Notes: generated from the letters alone by a model not told the origin. A stretch of DNA of 64,000 nt from Chiloscyllium plagiosum (GCF_004010195.1 NC_057718.1:13973001-14037000); one strand, 5' to 3'. Numbered from the stretch's first letter, positions 26,883 through 41,029 are shown. Translations and numbers: made by a program.

Positions 26883-27149
26883 CTCCTCGGTAATTGCCAC
26901 GGTTCTGATATCCGCCACGCCCTCCTCTCTGGCCACCTCTATTGTACTGGTTCATTCCACCTCGTTGACCACTTCGTCCCCGATTCATTGCTCTCTTTCC
27001 AGAACTGGTATTGGGCTTTTTCTCTGGTGGAAGAGCGGTTTTACTTTCCTCCTTATATTTCTCAAGCAATTTCTGAGCATCCTCCTTTTGCAACTCTGCG
27101 TAGCTCACCTCATCCAGAAAATCACCTGGTTCAGGCAATGTGTAGATAC
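26883..27149 (-). CDS. HNRNPU: HNRNPU exon 11 (coiled coil to RGG)
   Basis: 267 nt; [37 protein letters not shown]...[19 protein letters not shown]. Confidence 0.94.
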
Positions 27150-27439
27150 CTTAAAAAACAGAACAAAGTAAAAATTAACACAAAGTAGAATAATTTTATA
27201 TTGAAATTCATCTGCAGTTCGGTAATGCTGTCCTTGGATAAGTAGACCATTGCAACCTCGTTGCATTGCTATTAAAACCTCCCTCCCTTCTTGCTCACTT
27301 GAAGCATGTCAAGAGGGGATCTAATGGGCAGGTCAGGCCAGAGAGAGCGTAAATAGGCTATTCAACTCTGAAGCATCACAGCTAAACTCTGTACTCACCC
27401 AAAGTCCATACACATGTCTTTTCTTTTTTTTTGGGGGGG

Positions 27440-27488
27440 GAGAGAAAGAGAGAGAGAGAGAAGGAGAGAGAGAGAAAGAAAAGAGGAG
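27440..27488 (+). repeat. (GA)n-rich microsatellite
   Basis: agagaaagagagagagagagaaggagagagagagaaag. Confidence 0.85.
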
Positions 27489-28047
27489 GAATCACTGAAC
27501 AGCAGCAACTACCACCCTGACCCACCAGCCTCATACAGGGAGACATTCAAGTAACATCAGGCCCTTATTTACCAAGACCAAGCCGACAGTGCAGATCTAT
27601 TATCCCGCATGGAGTGGCCCTAATCACTACTTCTCAGAGTCACAGATTTTCAGCTAATGCATTAAAAAGAGCTCCAATAGAAGCTCAAAATCCAGGATAG
27701 CACCCCTCCTCCTTCAATCCAGGTTATTCCTTGCACTGAGAAGTGGTAAAGGACAGCAAGATTAAAACCCTTGTAAGAAATAAATTTCGGAAATTCAGTC
27801 CTAAAGGAGGCATCAGAGCATTCTTTCCAAATTAGATGATATTACACCAGTGACCCTAAGTAGTGAGATAATACCCTGGATATAATGCACCAAAGAACAT
27901 TTACTGGATTCATGTGTAGCTCCTTCCACAAAACACATCAAAAACTACTCTGTATTGATGATTCGGAGATGCAGTGTTGGACTGGGGTGTACAAAGTTAA
28001 AAATCACACAACACCAGGTTATAGTCCAACAGGTTTAATTGGAAGCA

Positions 28048-28082
28048 CACTAGCTTTCGGAGCGACGCTCCTTCATCAGGTG
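28048..28082 (-). ncRNA. Minimal hammerhead ribozyme motif (sense to HNRNPU pre-mRNA)
   Basis: Exact reverse complement of 28102-28136. Confidence 0.7.
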
Positions 28083-28101
28083 ACACAATCACCTGATGAA
28101 T

Positions 28102-28136
28102 CACCTGATGAAGGAGCGTCGCTCCGAAAGCTAGTG
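28102..28136 (+). ncRNA. Minimal hammerhead ribozyme motif
   Basis: CAC-CUGAUGA-A-GGAGC(GUC)GCUCC-GAAAGCUA-GUG: stem I CAC/GUG, 5-bp stem II, palindromic AGCU helix III. Confidence 0.7.
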
Positions 28137-28637
28137 TGCTTCCAATTAAACCTGTTGGACTATAACCTGGTGTTGTGTGATTTTTAACTTTGTACTCTGT
28201 ATTGGTGTGCAAGAAAGTGTGCTTTTTGCCTACAAGTCACACTAAGCTAAAATTAGAAGTTCATGGGTAAAATAAAGTACAAACAGCTGTATGGCAGTAG
28301 CTTAAGGCTATGATTACTTCTGAAGCAAGACTTTTAAACACATAAAACATTTCTTACATAGAAGGCAGGTAAAATACCCAAGTCAAGCATCTCTCTAAAA
28401 TTACACTTAACTAATATTGAAAGACACAAAGATCCAATGTAACAGATAAAGAAATAAAAAAAACCAAAAGGGCAAAATTATATTTTAAGGTTTGGTAAAA
28501 AGACTGGAGGTGACCATTAAGTGCACCACTGTACCACTAACACATCCAAACTACAGAGCAAGACTAGGTATTCTAGCTTCCAAAGAAAAACTGATTGATA
28601 AGGCAACACCAGGGTTGCGCTCAAATTCGATCTACAC

Positions 28638-28806
28638 CTTTCATTTTCAGAACAGCATGCTCTGGGACATCCTTTCCCTCTTCCTCTGCTTTCTTCTTTG
28701 AACGCTCCTTATATTCTTCATCTGATGGGCAAATGACAACCGCTTTACGTTGGAAGCCTGCGAACAGGCACATCTTCCTTCTTTGTGCAGCTGCACACAC
28801 ATTTGT
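28638..28806 (-). CDS. HNRNPU: HNRNPU exon 10
   Basis: 169 nt; [56 protein letters not shown]. Confidence 0.95.
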
Positions 28807-29243
28807 CTACACAAGAAAATTAAAAGTTTTTTTGAAAAAAAAACTATGCTTCTCATTTTGAGTTTCCAGGTACCCCCAAAACCTCCCATTCCTGCATAGT
28901 ATCCCATCTTAATTTAAACCCAGCAAAGCTGCTAAGACAGCATTAGTTATTGTGCACCAAGTATACAATTAATTATAGCAAACATATTACAAAGATGCTT
29001 GATTGTAAGGAATCAAAGTGCAATTATACTGGGTTATTTGGTTGCTTTCCTACTTAGCAAAAACTTAACTGTCCTATCTATAATCTGTACTCAATATCTA
29101 TTTATTGCAATGCATCAAACTCTTGCCCTAAATCTGTCCTTGTCTCCCAAACAATCTGACCTAATTAGATTATGCATAGGAACAGAAATAAACCTGAACA
29201 TATAACCAGTCAATGACAGGAGAAAGAGCAATTATCAGCACAC

Positions 29244-29372
29244 CTGATCGAGGATGTAGTTGCGCTTCTTGCGAGCTGCAATCTCAATGAACTTGCTCAA
29301 ACACTGTGTGGCTTGTTGAATCAACGTAGTTAGTTTACCTCTGTCAGTCTTCTGACGCTTGAAGCTCAAAAC
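29244..29372 (-). CDS. HNRNPU: HNRNPU exon 9
   Basis: 129 nt; [43 protein letters not shown] (Walker B region). Confidence 0.95.
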
Positions 29373-30010
29373 CTGAAAGAGAGCACACATTTTGAACAAA
29401 CATTCAAGAAAATGGTAAAATTAGGATCAACCATGGTTTAATCTGTTCGCAGAGTTTTTTTCCGCCAAGGTATTTGCTGTTTAGTGGAATCTTTGTTCAT
29501 TTGCATTCCTTAGCCTTTTACTAACATGAATGTTGTCAGGAATGTAATTAATGATTTCTTTTGTAGTATTACCATGTACATTTTTCAGGTTTTTTTTTAA
29601 GTGGTACTAAAATTGTTATTCTGTGGTAACACTTTCTATTAATTTCCCTTACAATGAGGGGAACTCAGTTAATTGTCACTGTTCAATCTGTTTCCATGTT
29701 AGTTTCCCAACATTAGTAAGTGACATGCCCATCCTGAGATAAACATGACTTGGGAATGGAGCAGGAAAAGACGTTAGGAACTCATTGCAGAGCACCACCC
29801 ACTCATTGGAAGTTGTAACTACACGGTTACAGTCAATACAGGATTTTGAAGTATATAGGGCATAACAAAAATCACAGCTCAAAATTAGACAGAGCATGCT
29901 ATAATATATTATGTAATAAATAAATCATTGTGGTTTACTAGGAATGCATGTTTACAAGGAATGCACATTTTCCAGATGCAAAATGGTCTGATGGTTCTCA
30001 TGTATCTTAC

Positions 30011-30130
30011 CTTCATTATATCCATGATGTTGTTTGTCCCCAGAATGTTATATTTGCCTGGGTACTCTGCTGCATGCTTTGAAACCCATACTGATTTGCC
30101 AGTTCCAGGCAGGCCAACCATCATCAAAAC
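30011..30130 (-). CDS. HNRNPU: HNRNPU exon 8 (Walker A / P-loop)
   Basis: 120 nt; [40 protein letters not shown]. Confidence 0.95.
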
Positions 30131-30682
30131 CTAAAACAAACCAAACAATATTATTACAAACTATTCTAAGTGTCCTGTTCCAGATATGACTACTAAATAT
30201 TAACGCTGAATAAAGGATCTTCTGCAAGCTACATTTTACAGTATTAGTCTACCATACTATCACAGTGCATCCAACATAATTTAGGAAAAAACGTATTGCA
30301 GCCGTACATATTGAAGTGTAACAACCAATGAAGGAAGAAAGTATATAGTGATGATATTATGGCTATACCTGGACAGAATCAGAACAGTGAACACTTTTTT
30401 TAAAAAAGGAACAATGTAATATCAAATGCGGGAACAAATATGGCACTTTAAATGTTGACAAACTTCTGGTACACTATAGAGTCATACTGGAAAAGAAAAC
30501 CCAGCGAGAGAAATAATTTTTGACATTTTTCAATGCGAGGACCTTTGTTAGGCAATGGCTCAAGGGATTTGAAATCAAAAGGTGGGTAAAATGAAGCCAG
30601 GTTCTAGCCAGAGTAGTTTACTCCCCAATGTTCTTACTTTTGAGCCACCATGTAATCAACAATTTTGAAATACCACACTTAC

Positions 30683-30946
30683 CTCACATTCTCCTTTGGT
30701 TTTGGGTCCCCTTGGCCCTCGAACACGCTCCTCCAATGGAACCTGCTGGATGAAGGTGAAGCCTTCTGGAATCGGAAAGTAGGGAGTCTCCATCTGTCCA
30801 AAGTTAAGTTCCACTGCACAATTGTGGCATAGAACATGCGGAAATAAGGCTCTGTCAGTGAGATGATCTTTCCCAATCTTAAATGCAACACCCAGATCCT
30901 GACCGTTTTTGGAATAAGAGACTTCCACTTCATCAGCATCAAAGTT
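30683..30946 (-). CDS. HNRNPU: HNRNPU exon 7 (SPRY end)
   Basis: 264 nt; [22 protein letters not shown]...[18 protein letters not shown]...GPKTKGECE. Confidence 0.95.
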
Positions 30947-31384
30947 CTGTAACAAAAAAAACAGTGGGAGCACTATAATTTCCTGCAGACAGCAAATTTC
31001 AAGTAGACTTGACTGCAGTCCACAGCTTATGAGAATTTGATAGTTACTGTCACACAAGCTTGGCTGAACATCACCAATAAATAGCCCTCCTCTGAATCCA
31101 GCAATCAGCACCATAACTGCAGACAGAAGATTTTTCAAATCCTCATTTCCTATAGATGGGGAGCATGTCTCAAAAATCATACTGAATGCAGTAGGAACCT
31201 CAACACTTACCAAAACTTTCCATGGGGAATGTAAAATATCTTTGAAACCTGCAATGCTCTGCTCTTGATGTTATAAGTATGAGAGATAAAGCACGTTTAC
31301 AAAGTTCCTTTCATTAATAACTTTCCATTTATTTTGAGGATTCACTCCAAACAAAATCGAATCAATGTTTAATTTTACCTTACC

Positions 31385-31870
31385 TCAGATTACAACTGGA
31401 TCTTGATCAGATGGGCCAATGGGCTGAGAAGTGACAGATGGAGCTTAATTTAGATAAATGCAAGGTGCTGCATTTTGGGAAAGCAAATCTTAGCAGGACT
31501 TATACACTTAATGGTAAGATCCAAGGGAGTGTTCCTGAACAAAGAGACCTTGGAGTGCTGGTTCATAGCTCTTTGAAAGTAGAGTTGCAGGAAGATAGGA
31601 CAGTGAAGACGGCATTTGGTATGCTTTCCTTTATCGGTCAGAGCATGGAGTACAGGAGCTGGGAGGTCATATTGTGGCTGTACAGGATGTTGGTTAGGCC
31701 ACTTTTGGAATATTGTGTGCAATTCTGATCTCCTTCTTATCGAAACGATGAATAGGAAAGGTTTGGAGGGATATGGGCTGGGGGTTGGCAAGCAGGACTA
31801 GATTAGGTTGGGATATCTGTCTGCATAGATGAGTTGGACCGAAGGGTCTGTTTCTGTGCTGTACATCTCT
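31385..31870 (+). mobile_element. CR1 LINE 3' fragment
   Basis: MELNLDKCKVLHFG...LYRMLVRPLLEYCVQF. Confidence 0.85.
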
Positions 31871-32126
31871 GATTCCCCGATAATATTGATACCAGTGGCA
31901 CAGGAATTATTAAATCCAGTGTGAAGGAGCTGAACAAATATGGAATGATTTTTTAAACTTCGCATTTAAAACAACATAAGTAATTAAATGCATGGGTTTC
32001 TTGACCTCATTAACCAGGAACTCAAATAATTGCTATTCACTGAGGTTTACAAACATGACAAGTGGGTGAGAAATGAGAATTATTCATTCACCCAGAAGCC
32101 ACTATTCCTTACAAATATTAACTTAC

Positions 32127-32239
32127 AAGAAAGCAGCCAATCACATCATTTTCTCCAAACTTTTCACCATAATCTTCAGATTTGCAATTTGAACATTTTG
32201 TGCCATTTCCAGAGTAGCCAACAGAAAGTTCTTCTTCAC
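32127..32239 (-). CDS. HNRNPU: HNRNPU exon 6
   Basis: 113 nt; [38 protein letters not shown]. Confidence 0.95.
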
Positions 32240-33045
32240 CTGTAAGCGAAAGTTTGAAACAAATTAAACTTAAGCAACTTGTGTGGCCCGGGTCAACAAT
32301 TTAGTAGTATTCACTAAAACAATTGTTTCCCAAAATATTTGGAAGAAATGGAAAGATATACATAGGCCAGTTAGAGGCTGTGGAGAAAAGGCTGACCTTC
32401 CCCCTTTGTAGCAGACTCCACATTAGAACAGGTCACAACTTAAACCACATCAGAATTAGAATCAAGCAAAATTGGACAAGTGGTGGTCAGGTACACTGCT
32501 TTCAAGAAAAACAACTTGTGGCCTCCATTTCTAGATTATAATGACATTCAAGCTATGACCACCAGATCAAGAATGACTGAACAAATCTTTGTCTATCTTT
32601 CTTTCTAATAATTGCCATGCTCCTAATTTTGCTAAAGTATAATAAAGGTATTGCCACACATTCTATGTCACCACTCAGTACACAAGAGATATGCAAACAT
32701 ACACAGTTATTATCTTGCATTAACAGAAAACAGCTAAAATGCAAAGAGAGAGAATGTTCCAATAGTGCCTTAAAATTCATCCGCCCTCAAGTATTATAGC
32801 TTTACTACAACAGGTGGCATATTTTCAAAAAGATTCTGAGTCACCTGCTACCATTGCAATGCTGTTTTGTGCCAGAAATTCCTTGGACACTTATTTGGTT
32901 TCAGAACCAACTCTAAAACCATGCCCTCATAGTTTACACAATAGTACATTTTTTTTCAGCTGCGCCTGAATGTCTCCTGGAAATGCTGTTATATCAGAAG
33001 TTTGTGAAAAGTGGCAACTCTAATGTGTAACCCCATCAGGAGTAA

Positions 33046-33187
33046 GTTAGGTGAAGGGGTAAGTGTAGGGGTATGGGTGGGTTGTGCTTCGGCGGGTCAG
33101 TGTGGACTTGTTGGGCCGAAGGGCCTGTTTCCATACTGTAGGTAATCTAATCTGTAGGTAATCTAATCTGTAGGTAATCTAATCTAA
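33046..33187 (+). mobile_element. 3' fragment of HE1-like SINE with expanded tail
   Basis: Matches 19465-19575; tail ctgtaggtaatctaat repeated three times. Confidence 0.75.
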
Positions 33188-35338
33188 AGATTCAGCATTA
33201 TGTGAGAAGAACAGGGAGCCTACACATGTACACATGACAAATGCATTTTGCCAAGTTCAAATGGACAACACAAAGATCTAAAATCAAACTGTTTCCAGGA
33301 GGATTATCTGTCTCAGCTATGAACGTTAAAAACTTCTTGGAGCTAAAAAAAAGGAGGTAAAACCAATGAAAACATGGAGACAGGAAGACAGCAATATAAA
33401 AGAACCAGCAAAGGAAACTAAAATATTTCTGTTTCTCTTTCCCTCCAAGTGAAAGAGACAGAAAAATAAGGTATCAGAGTCTGCACAGAACTCTGTTTGA
33501 GACTGCAAGACATTTTTACATTGAATAATATGGCTCACATCTAGTTTTAAAGGACAAATTCAGAAACAAGAAACCAGAAGGCCCTCAGGTATTCAAATTA
33601 TCCTTTTATTTTAAAATACAGGATTAAGAATTATTGTACAAATATGACAAAAAATTTAAGAATTCTTTAAAACCTGATACATTTTCCATATTATTTAATA
33701 TAGGAATGTTTAATTCTATGAGGTGCTATTGTCTGTGAAACCTTACTTTGGTTTCCTTCAGTTTTCTTTCTCATATGTAGCTACGGCACCGGACCTTGAA
33801 GTTTCTCTGCTGCTCAGTCTCAGTTCACCAAGTAAGTGGACATTCTTTGCTTTTGTGCTTGGACACCAAAAATATCTCAGAAAATGTACAACTTGCAGCA
33901 TGTCAGCGTCTCACTAAACGTTCACAAGTTGGTGATTTCATTGCTTGTCATCAAATGACAAGCAGAAACCCAATGAAATATTTGATTCAACCTCCTCTGC
34001 ACTGGGACAAAGCCAAAATTACAGAACCTGACATCAATGATGCCAAGTGAGAATCAAGCCTCGAATCTGCTCTGTTTAGTTTATATGCAGTAAATTTATT
34101 TACTCAAGCAAACATCATTGCAAATTCCCCTGCAAATACAAATTTCCACAATTCTGTAAAATGATAATATTCATGATGGTTTCTCAGAGACAATATAAGC
34201 CAGAATTATGTTTGCAAGTGCAAAAATATAAAATCATAGAACCTTGACATGGTGACATACGATTGTTTAACTCTCATTCTCCTTGGTCACTGATTTGAAA
34301 TTATTTATTTTCCTCAAGATGAGAAATAGTAAATGCTTAGTTATGAAATGCTTTACTATTTTTAGCAGACAATCAAGCATACAGCACAGCCCTGGTGCAC
34401 TTGGTGGATTGCCAGTGACACTCAATGTTGGTCCAATGTACCATGATCCAAAGCATCCTTTACTTAATGTGGGAATGTTCTACATCCCTTAACAGTTCTG
34501 TGTGGCCAATCTGCGTTAAATTAGGAGCAATGTTGAGCTGCACATTCCACATCAAACTGGATTAAAACTGTCTCTCTTTTCACATAGTATTGTTACAGCC
34601 AGCTATGGGGAAGTTTTCAACTTCGTTCTGGTTTGAGATTAAATCCAACTCAAATAATGAAAAATGTCTAACACGTTTATCACCCATACGCAGCACTCAT
34701 ATTTGGAATTTTATTTTAAAATTACAAAAAAGCCCAATACCATCAAACTGCTAACATAACCATAATGGTAGGGCCCTGAGTGGTGTTGTAGAACAGAGAC
34801 ACATAGCGGTTCAAGTACATAGTTCTTTAAAATTTGCATTACAGCCAGATAGGGTGGTGAAGAAAGCATTCAGTATGCTTGCCTTCATTACTCATACCAA
34901 AGCGGTTGATGCAAGTTGTTTAAACAAAGTTCTGTAATTCTCTTTATCTGTTCTACAAAATAACAGGCTACTATATTCAGCAAGTAGTTTCCTTTTTGAA
35001 AGGTGCCACTGAAACCATTACAACATAGTTCCAAGTTCACTGCCATTTGGTAACTAACAAGATGTTATAAACCACAAAAGCCCTCCTTTTCTAGGACTCT
35101 CTCTCAAAAGAAAACTTTCATGTATAATTAAATCAAATTATGGGTCTACAACATAATCAAAATGCAGCAATTTTTAAGCCTGTTAACCAACAGATAATAG
35201 TTCTTTACCAGACTTGAGGAATTGCGCTTGAACTGAAATCAGGTGCCTACCCCACAAACAGTTGTGCGGGTTCACCTCTGTAAGGAGATCGAGAAAAGAA
35301 CCGGAGAAAGACTGCAAAGAGGGTATTGAAATACTCAC

Positions 35339-35438
35339 CAAGTAACATGCTGTGGGAAGCCAGCGACCAGCCAACCCTCACTTCATGTGGGTCAGTCTGA
35401 TCAGGCGGCAAATGCTTAACTGGTATTTTCTCAGTTAC
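35339..35438 (-). CDS. HNRNPU: HNRNPU exon 5
   Basis: 100 nt; [33 protein letters not shown]; gtgag donor. Confidence 0.95.
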
Positions 35439-35524
35439 CTGTTAACACAAATATCAAAGTCAGACAATACCATCATAAATTTGAGTTTTTAAAAGTTATT
35501 TACGCACAAAGAAAAAACACTTAC

Positions 35525-35664
35525 CTTCATCTCAAAGCAGATTTTGCCTTTGCTAACTCCGTAAGAAGCTCTCCCTCCAGCCCAAAGATAGGCAAATCCT
35601 TCCATAGTCAGTGGCATGGCGCCAAACCGATCTCTATTGATCTTAAAGTGCAAATCGCAGTTGT
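35525..35664 (-). CDS. HNRNPU: HNRNPU exon 4 (SPRY/B30.2 start)
   Basis: 140 nt; [47 protein letters not shown]; gtaag donor. Confidence 0.95.
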
Positions 35665-36799
35665 CTGTAAAAGAACATTGTATGCGTTAGTACTTTAACA
35701 CGTCACCTAGTACAGCAGAAAACCTACTGCAAGCACACACTGACTTGCACTGGCATGAATTCAGCACATAGGGACATTTCCCACCTGATAGTCGAAGATA
35801 ATGCTATACGCCAGCTAAAGAAAACCAACCACAATACGGATCACCACTTAGAAACTAAGGAAGAAGACTGAACCCAAAGAATGAGTGACCTACACTAACA
35901 TTATGTTGCTTATTTGACAGCAGAATTAGTACAGCAACAGTGATAGAGTAATTACTAGAATATTTCCATTATCTTTTCAGGGACTAAGCTGTATCAAAAT
36001 GGAGCTTTAAGAGCACGAACTGAAGTTGCTCAACATTTTTTAACACCCACAAGGACAGGAGACACCAATTTCCTCCTTGTTGCAAGGTTATATATTATTA
36101 CGTACTCATAATAGCACAAGATAAACTAAAAAAAGAACATTATGGCAATTAGAAAACTGCTCAGCCATTACTGATTTAAAGTCAGTGTCGTTAAAAAGAT
36201 TTTCCCAACAAGAAACTTATGGTAACTAAGTCAATTATTTTAATAATATATCAAAACAGAAGCAAAATAAGACTAGTATTAAGGAAATTAATTAAAAGTA
36301 AGTTGCAAATTTATGCATTGGAGGAGAAATAAGCTGAAGCTTTCTTTTTCCATTAGTTACCAATGCAAGCCTGCATAAGGACCTCAATAACAAAATAGAT
36401 GCAACTTGAGAGCTTTCTCTCAATGCTATCCACCCATTTTTGTGATACCATAAACCACCCGTCCCCCGTATAAAATCTGGCAACTAGCCACTGAGAACGC
36501 GCAAAATATTTATTTGTGCTCTCCTCTGATGAGGTACACCAGAAAATGTGGACATCCCAGAGGGGTCAGAACATGTATTCTATTGTTCCAAAGATTTACT
36601 TCAGACTTTGAAGGAAAATTACAGTTCAAAAAATCAATTTTAAGATTGTGACAAGCATCAGCTTTCAAGCTAACTCGTCAGTAAGAACAATACAATGGCA
36701 AAATTCCAGGCTTTCATTAGGAAGGCCAAGGATTGTGGGCTGCTGCAGTACTAACTGTTTTAGAATAGTACTGGACTTCCACAGCCATTAGATATTAAT

Positions 36800-37098
36800 T
36801 AGATTAGATTACTTACATTGTGGAAACAGGCCCTTCGGCCCAACAAATCCACACCGCCCCGCCGAAGCACAACCCACCCATACCCCTACATCTACCCCCT
36901 ACCTAACACTACGGGCAATTTAGCATGGCCAATTCACCTGACCTGCACATATTTGGACTGTGGGAGGAAACCGGAGCACCCGCAGGAAACGGGGAGAATG
37001 TGCAAACTCCACACAGTCAGTCGCCTGAGGCGGGAATTGAACCCGGGTGTCTGGCGCTGTGAGGCAGCAGTGCTAACCACTGTGCCACCGTGCCGCCC
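36800..37098 (-). mobile_element. tRNA-derived SINE (HE1/V-SINE-like)
   Basis: Reverse-complement full-length copy of 19283-19575. Confidence 0.85.
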
Positions 37099-37863
37099 AA
37101 ATAAGTTAGGTTTGAAGAGAAAGTATGCCTGAAGTGCAAATGAACTCCCAAGTTTTCAAATGACATGAGATACATCACACAAGAAATGTGTTAATCTATT
37201 TTAAGAGCTGCGAATGTTTTGCTAGTTTAAAATAACCAAAGGAAATTATGAGACTGCCATACTTAAAGGGGAAGAAACCAGAAATTAAGAATTGCAGACC
37301 TATTGGACACCAGGTATAGAAAGATATTGAAACATCTACAAAAATAAATGACCACCAGCTCCTCCAACCTGACTGAGCAAGTGGTCAAATTAAACGAATG
37401 GCCCCCCCCAGTGTAAATTATACAATGTATAACGAAACAGTAAAGGGACCATGGTAGGCATAGTTGTTAAAGTCATTGAAGTTACATAAGCAAATAAAAT
37501 TAGGTCCATAGATCAGATGAATGATTTGGCTGGAGGGCACAGGTTCAAAGTAAGAGGGGAAAGATTTATAGGAGGCCTGAAGAGCAACCTTTTCAGACAG
37601 AGGATGGTGTATGTACGGAATGAGCTGCCGTTTTTTTTCTCCCAGGAATCTTTGACACTGGGTAAAGGAGGGCTGGGGATACAGTAATGTGATATGAGGT
37701 TGCACTGTGTCACTGTGGGGAGTTCTGTGATTGGGTGGTCCTCAGCTCGATTATATCGGAGTGTGGTGACTTTGGCAGCAATTTTCCATTTCCCACTAAA
37801 TCAAATTCCTGCCTCATCTCATTTTATAAGACATAATTACCCGATTTAGTTAACATCACGTAC

Positions 37864-37937
37864 ATGTATCCAGGGCAACTACAGTATCATCAAATTCTTC
37901 CTCATCTTCTTCCACAGGGGGCTGGGGAGACTTGGAC
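37864..37937 (-). CDS. HNRNPU: HNRNPU exon 3
   Basis: 74 nt; SKSPQPPVEEDEEEFDDTVVALDT; preceded by an 84-nt intron. Confidence 0.94.
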
Positions 37938-38021
37938 CTAAAAATGGTCATAGATATTAGTCAATGGTTTGCCATTAAAATGAACAGCAGCAAGGTACAT
38001 GAACTGATAAGTTAATCATAC

Positions 38022-38148
38022 CGTCGATATTTGTTTTCTTCAATATACTCATAGTAGCCACGTCCATGGTCTTCATGAGGTCTCTTTACACCTTTGCGAT
38101 TTTGCTCTTTACCTTTATCAGTTGTCTGTTCAGCCTGGCTATCTTTTC
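38022..38148 (-). CDS. HNRNPU: HNRNPU exon 2
   Basis: Canonical [46 protein letters not shown]. Confidence 0.93.
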
Positions 38149-41029
38149 CTAAAAAAGAAATCAGGTTACAAATTCAAGATTACAAGGTTCCACTGAAGTG
38201 ATGAAAATAAGTATGCAAAATAACAAATTAAACATCAATAAAATGCATAAAGTGTGAGAATTACTTTAACTGTTCTAAATGAGGACTGACTTCAATTTGT
38301 TTAACTTAAATTGATTACATTTTGCCCAGAGTTAACAATAGATAGAAAGCGCAAGTGGTCTTGTATATTGTAAAACTTTCCTTTTGTTTCCTTTAAAAAG
38401 AACAAAAGAATTTATTGGCTCACTGATAACCACAACACTAGTCTACAATTGAGAGTATTTAACCCAGGAACTGAATTATTCATAAATCTGAACTTTCCTG
38501 TTGTAACGTTTTTGAAAAGGATTAAAGATATGCCACGTGATGTTTCTGCACGCCCAATCTGATAAACACTGATTGTAGCCCTTGTAAACATGTCAACTTT
38601 ACCAGATTCTAGTTTCACAAAAGGAGAATTTTCACTTTAATTAACTCTAAATAATCAAATATATGAAACACACTTGACCAACAACAGCAACTGCTCCAGT
38701 ACCTCCCTCCGCTGACCTCCTACCCAATAACTGTGCCAAATTCATTGTCTCTACTCTACTCAATACCACTGCATCATTAAAACGGAGGTATGCTCTGCTG
38801 AAAGAACTCACCTCAGCATAACAGCAAATATGTTTCTTGATTATTCAATTCCTTGACCAGCCACTCAATTTAGAATGCTAATTTAGGGATCATTTTGTAC
38901 TGTGGACCCATATGGGGAAAGGTTGAAGGCTACACGTTATTTCCAGAAAGACATTTTTATTCTGTAATAAAGGTAATAAGCCTTTGCCACAAGTGATTGT
39001 TTATTTGTAATTCTTGGTCTGTTGCAAATGTTGTATTATTAAATTACATAGGAATGAAGGAGTTAAATTTAACATGCATTTGCAACACAGATTTAGCATT
39101 GAGCAAAACAATCGACTGCTTCCTCCAGGCCTGGAATCAGAGTTCAAGTAAAATTTACACTTTTAATCAACATGAAACTTTCACTTTGGCATACTTGACA
39201 GTTGTATTATGAATGCATCTATAAAATATTTCACAAACCACTTTCACATCGAAGAAGGATGTAATAAAGGGTGGGTAATTATTCCTTAGTGGAAATGTGC
39301 TGATGAAAGAGGCTGCAGCACAAATAGGACAGTTCCGTCACTGGGAGATTGAAATGGAACACAAAAGCTGTTTCCAGAAATAGTTTTGACTATTAATAGG
39401 CAATTCCCGCTGTTAGCCTGAAAGCAGCTGCCTTGTTTGCACTACTCAATATCAGTAGGGCAACAAATTCAGTAAGGATACTTTTCTGGAGGGAAGGAGA
39501 ATGGCAATGGCACGTACAAAGACATCAAAACTGTCAGATCTACTAACGTGGTTTCTTTCAAGGGACTTAAGTTCATCACAGAATTAAATTTACACCAAAC
39601 TTTGTTCTAAGCTTTGCCTGATTTAGAACGTTAAACTGCAGATGACTTTCGGCTCTTTTAAAAATTGCAGTCAATATTAAAAACTCAAGCACACATGTTA
39701 AACTCAACTACAGTGTGAGCATTTCCACTTATTTTGGAGGCTCAGAATTGAAGAGATTAGTCAATGTCTACTGGGTATGTAATGTGTTTCAAAGGATCTC
39801 AACAGTCACTGCTGAAAAGTTGGTATATAAGTAGTGATGGAGTTGAACAAAACAATGGGATACCTTGTCAGACTTGACAATGCATGGTGTATAGATTGCC
39901 TGGGTACTTTAACAAAACAAGATTTTACCAAGTCTGAATACTCTCAAACACTCAAAATAAACCAGCCTGAATGGAGCTCTCATTAAGCAATATACATTTA
40001 TCTACATGCCGGAAAATTGAGTCTGAACCCAAGCAGCACAAAATATCTTAAATAACTTCATCCTCTGCACACCAAAGCAGAGTAATTGTCTTCAAACCTG
40101 GACAGAGGAAACTCAATGAACCATATTCGGCCTTTTCTCAGAAGGGATGGTGTCCACTTGCTCTCAGTTGTTCAGTCCAGTAGTCGTGCCAATATACACA
40201 CATGCACACTCTGAAGAAGCCAAGTTGTTTGTGAATGGCTGTTCCACAGAATTAATTACAATGCACAACATGCATTGTTATTTTATAATGACAGGATAGC
40301 TACATCACACAATCACTGTGCAATATTCTGCTTCAAGTGAAGACGACCATGAAGTGTAATTAAAAACACAATAGATATTGTGTTAGACATCAATTGTTGT
40401 TGGGGAAAGAACTATGCAAATTTGTACATTTATAAATTTCCAGTTCAGCAGGTAGCATGACATCATCTACTTTTTAAAAATTTTAGCTTTTAAGTGAAAT
40501 GAACATATCAAGCTTTGGATGAACGTAAAGTTGAGGTGAAAATGTAGACTATTTGTATTAATCTAAGGATGACTTTTTAAAAAAAAATCAAATTTTCCTA
40601 CCTTAGAATTTAACTTGAATTACCTGACAGATGCTGACTCGATAGACTATATTAATAATTTAATTTTCTCCTTAGGGAGTGTAGATTTTTCAAAGATTGA
40701 AACGTGATAAAGGTTTGCTCATTAAGAGCCACTGAAAATGGCCCACCTTCCCTAAATCATGGGGCCTCACAAGTAACTTACCTCCAACCTCCCTTTGCCT
40801 TTCATGTTGTGAAACACATGGCTGCCTTCCAAAATAAACAATTTCTCCCATGACCCCATATCAATCCAACATCCAACCTACAGAGTAAAGGTAGCTTCGC
40901 ACATATAATGCATTAGCTAATTTCATCATTTGCAACCTGCAGTTTTTGTCAAAGCCTTCCCACACATTGGGGTTGTATCTGCTTGGCTTCATACTTTTCT
41001 AAACCATTCCCAGTGTTTTCTCTTCTCAG

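Larger units (their letters stand above)
27961..28195. mobile_element. Palindromic Penelope-like insertion in HNRNPU intron 10
   Basis: 95-bp perfect inverted arms 27989-28083 and 28101-28195; 15-bp duplication tactctgtattgRtg. Confidence 0.8.
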
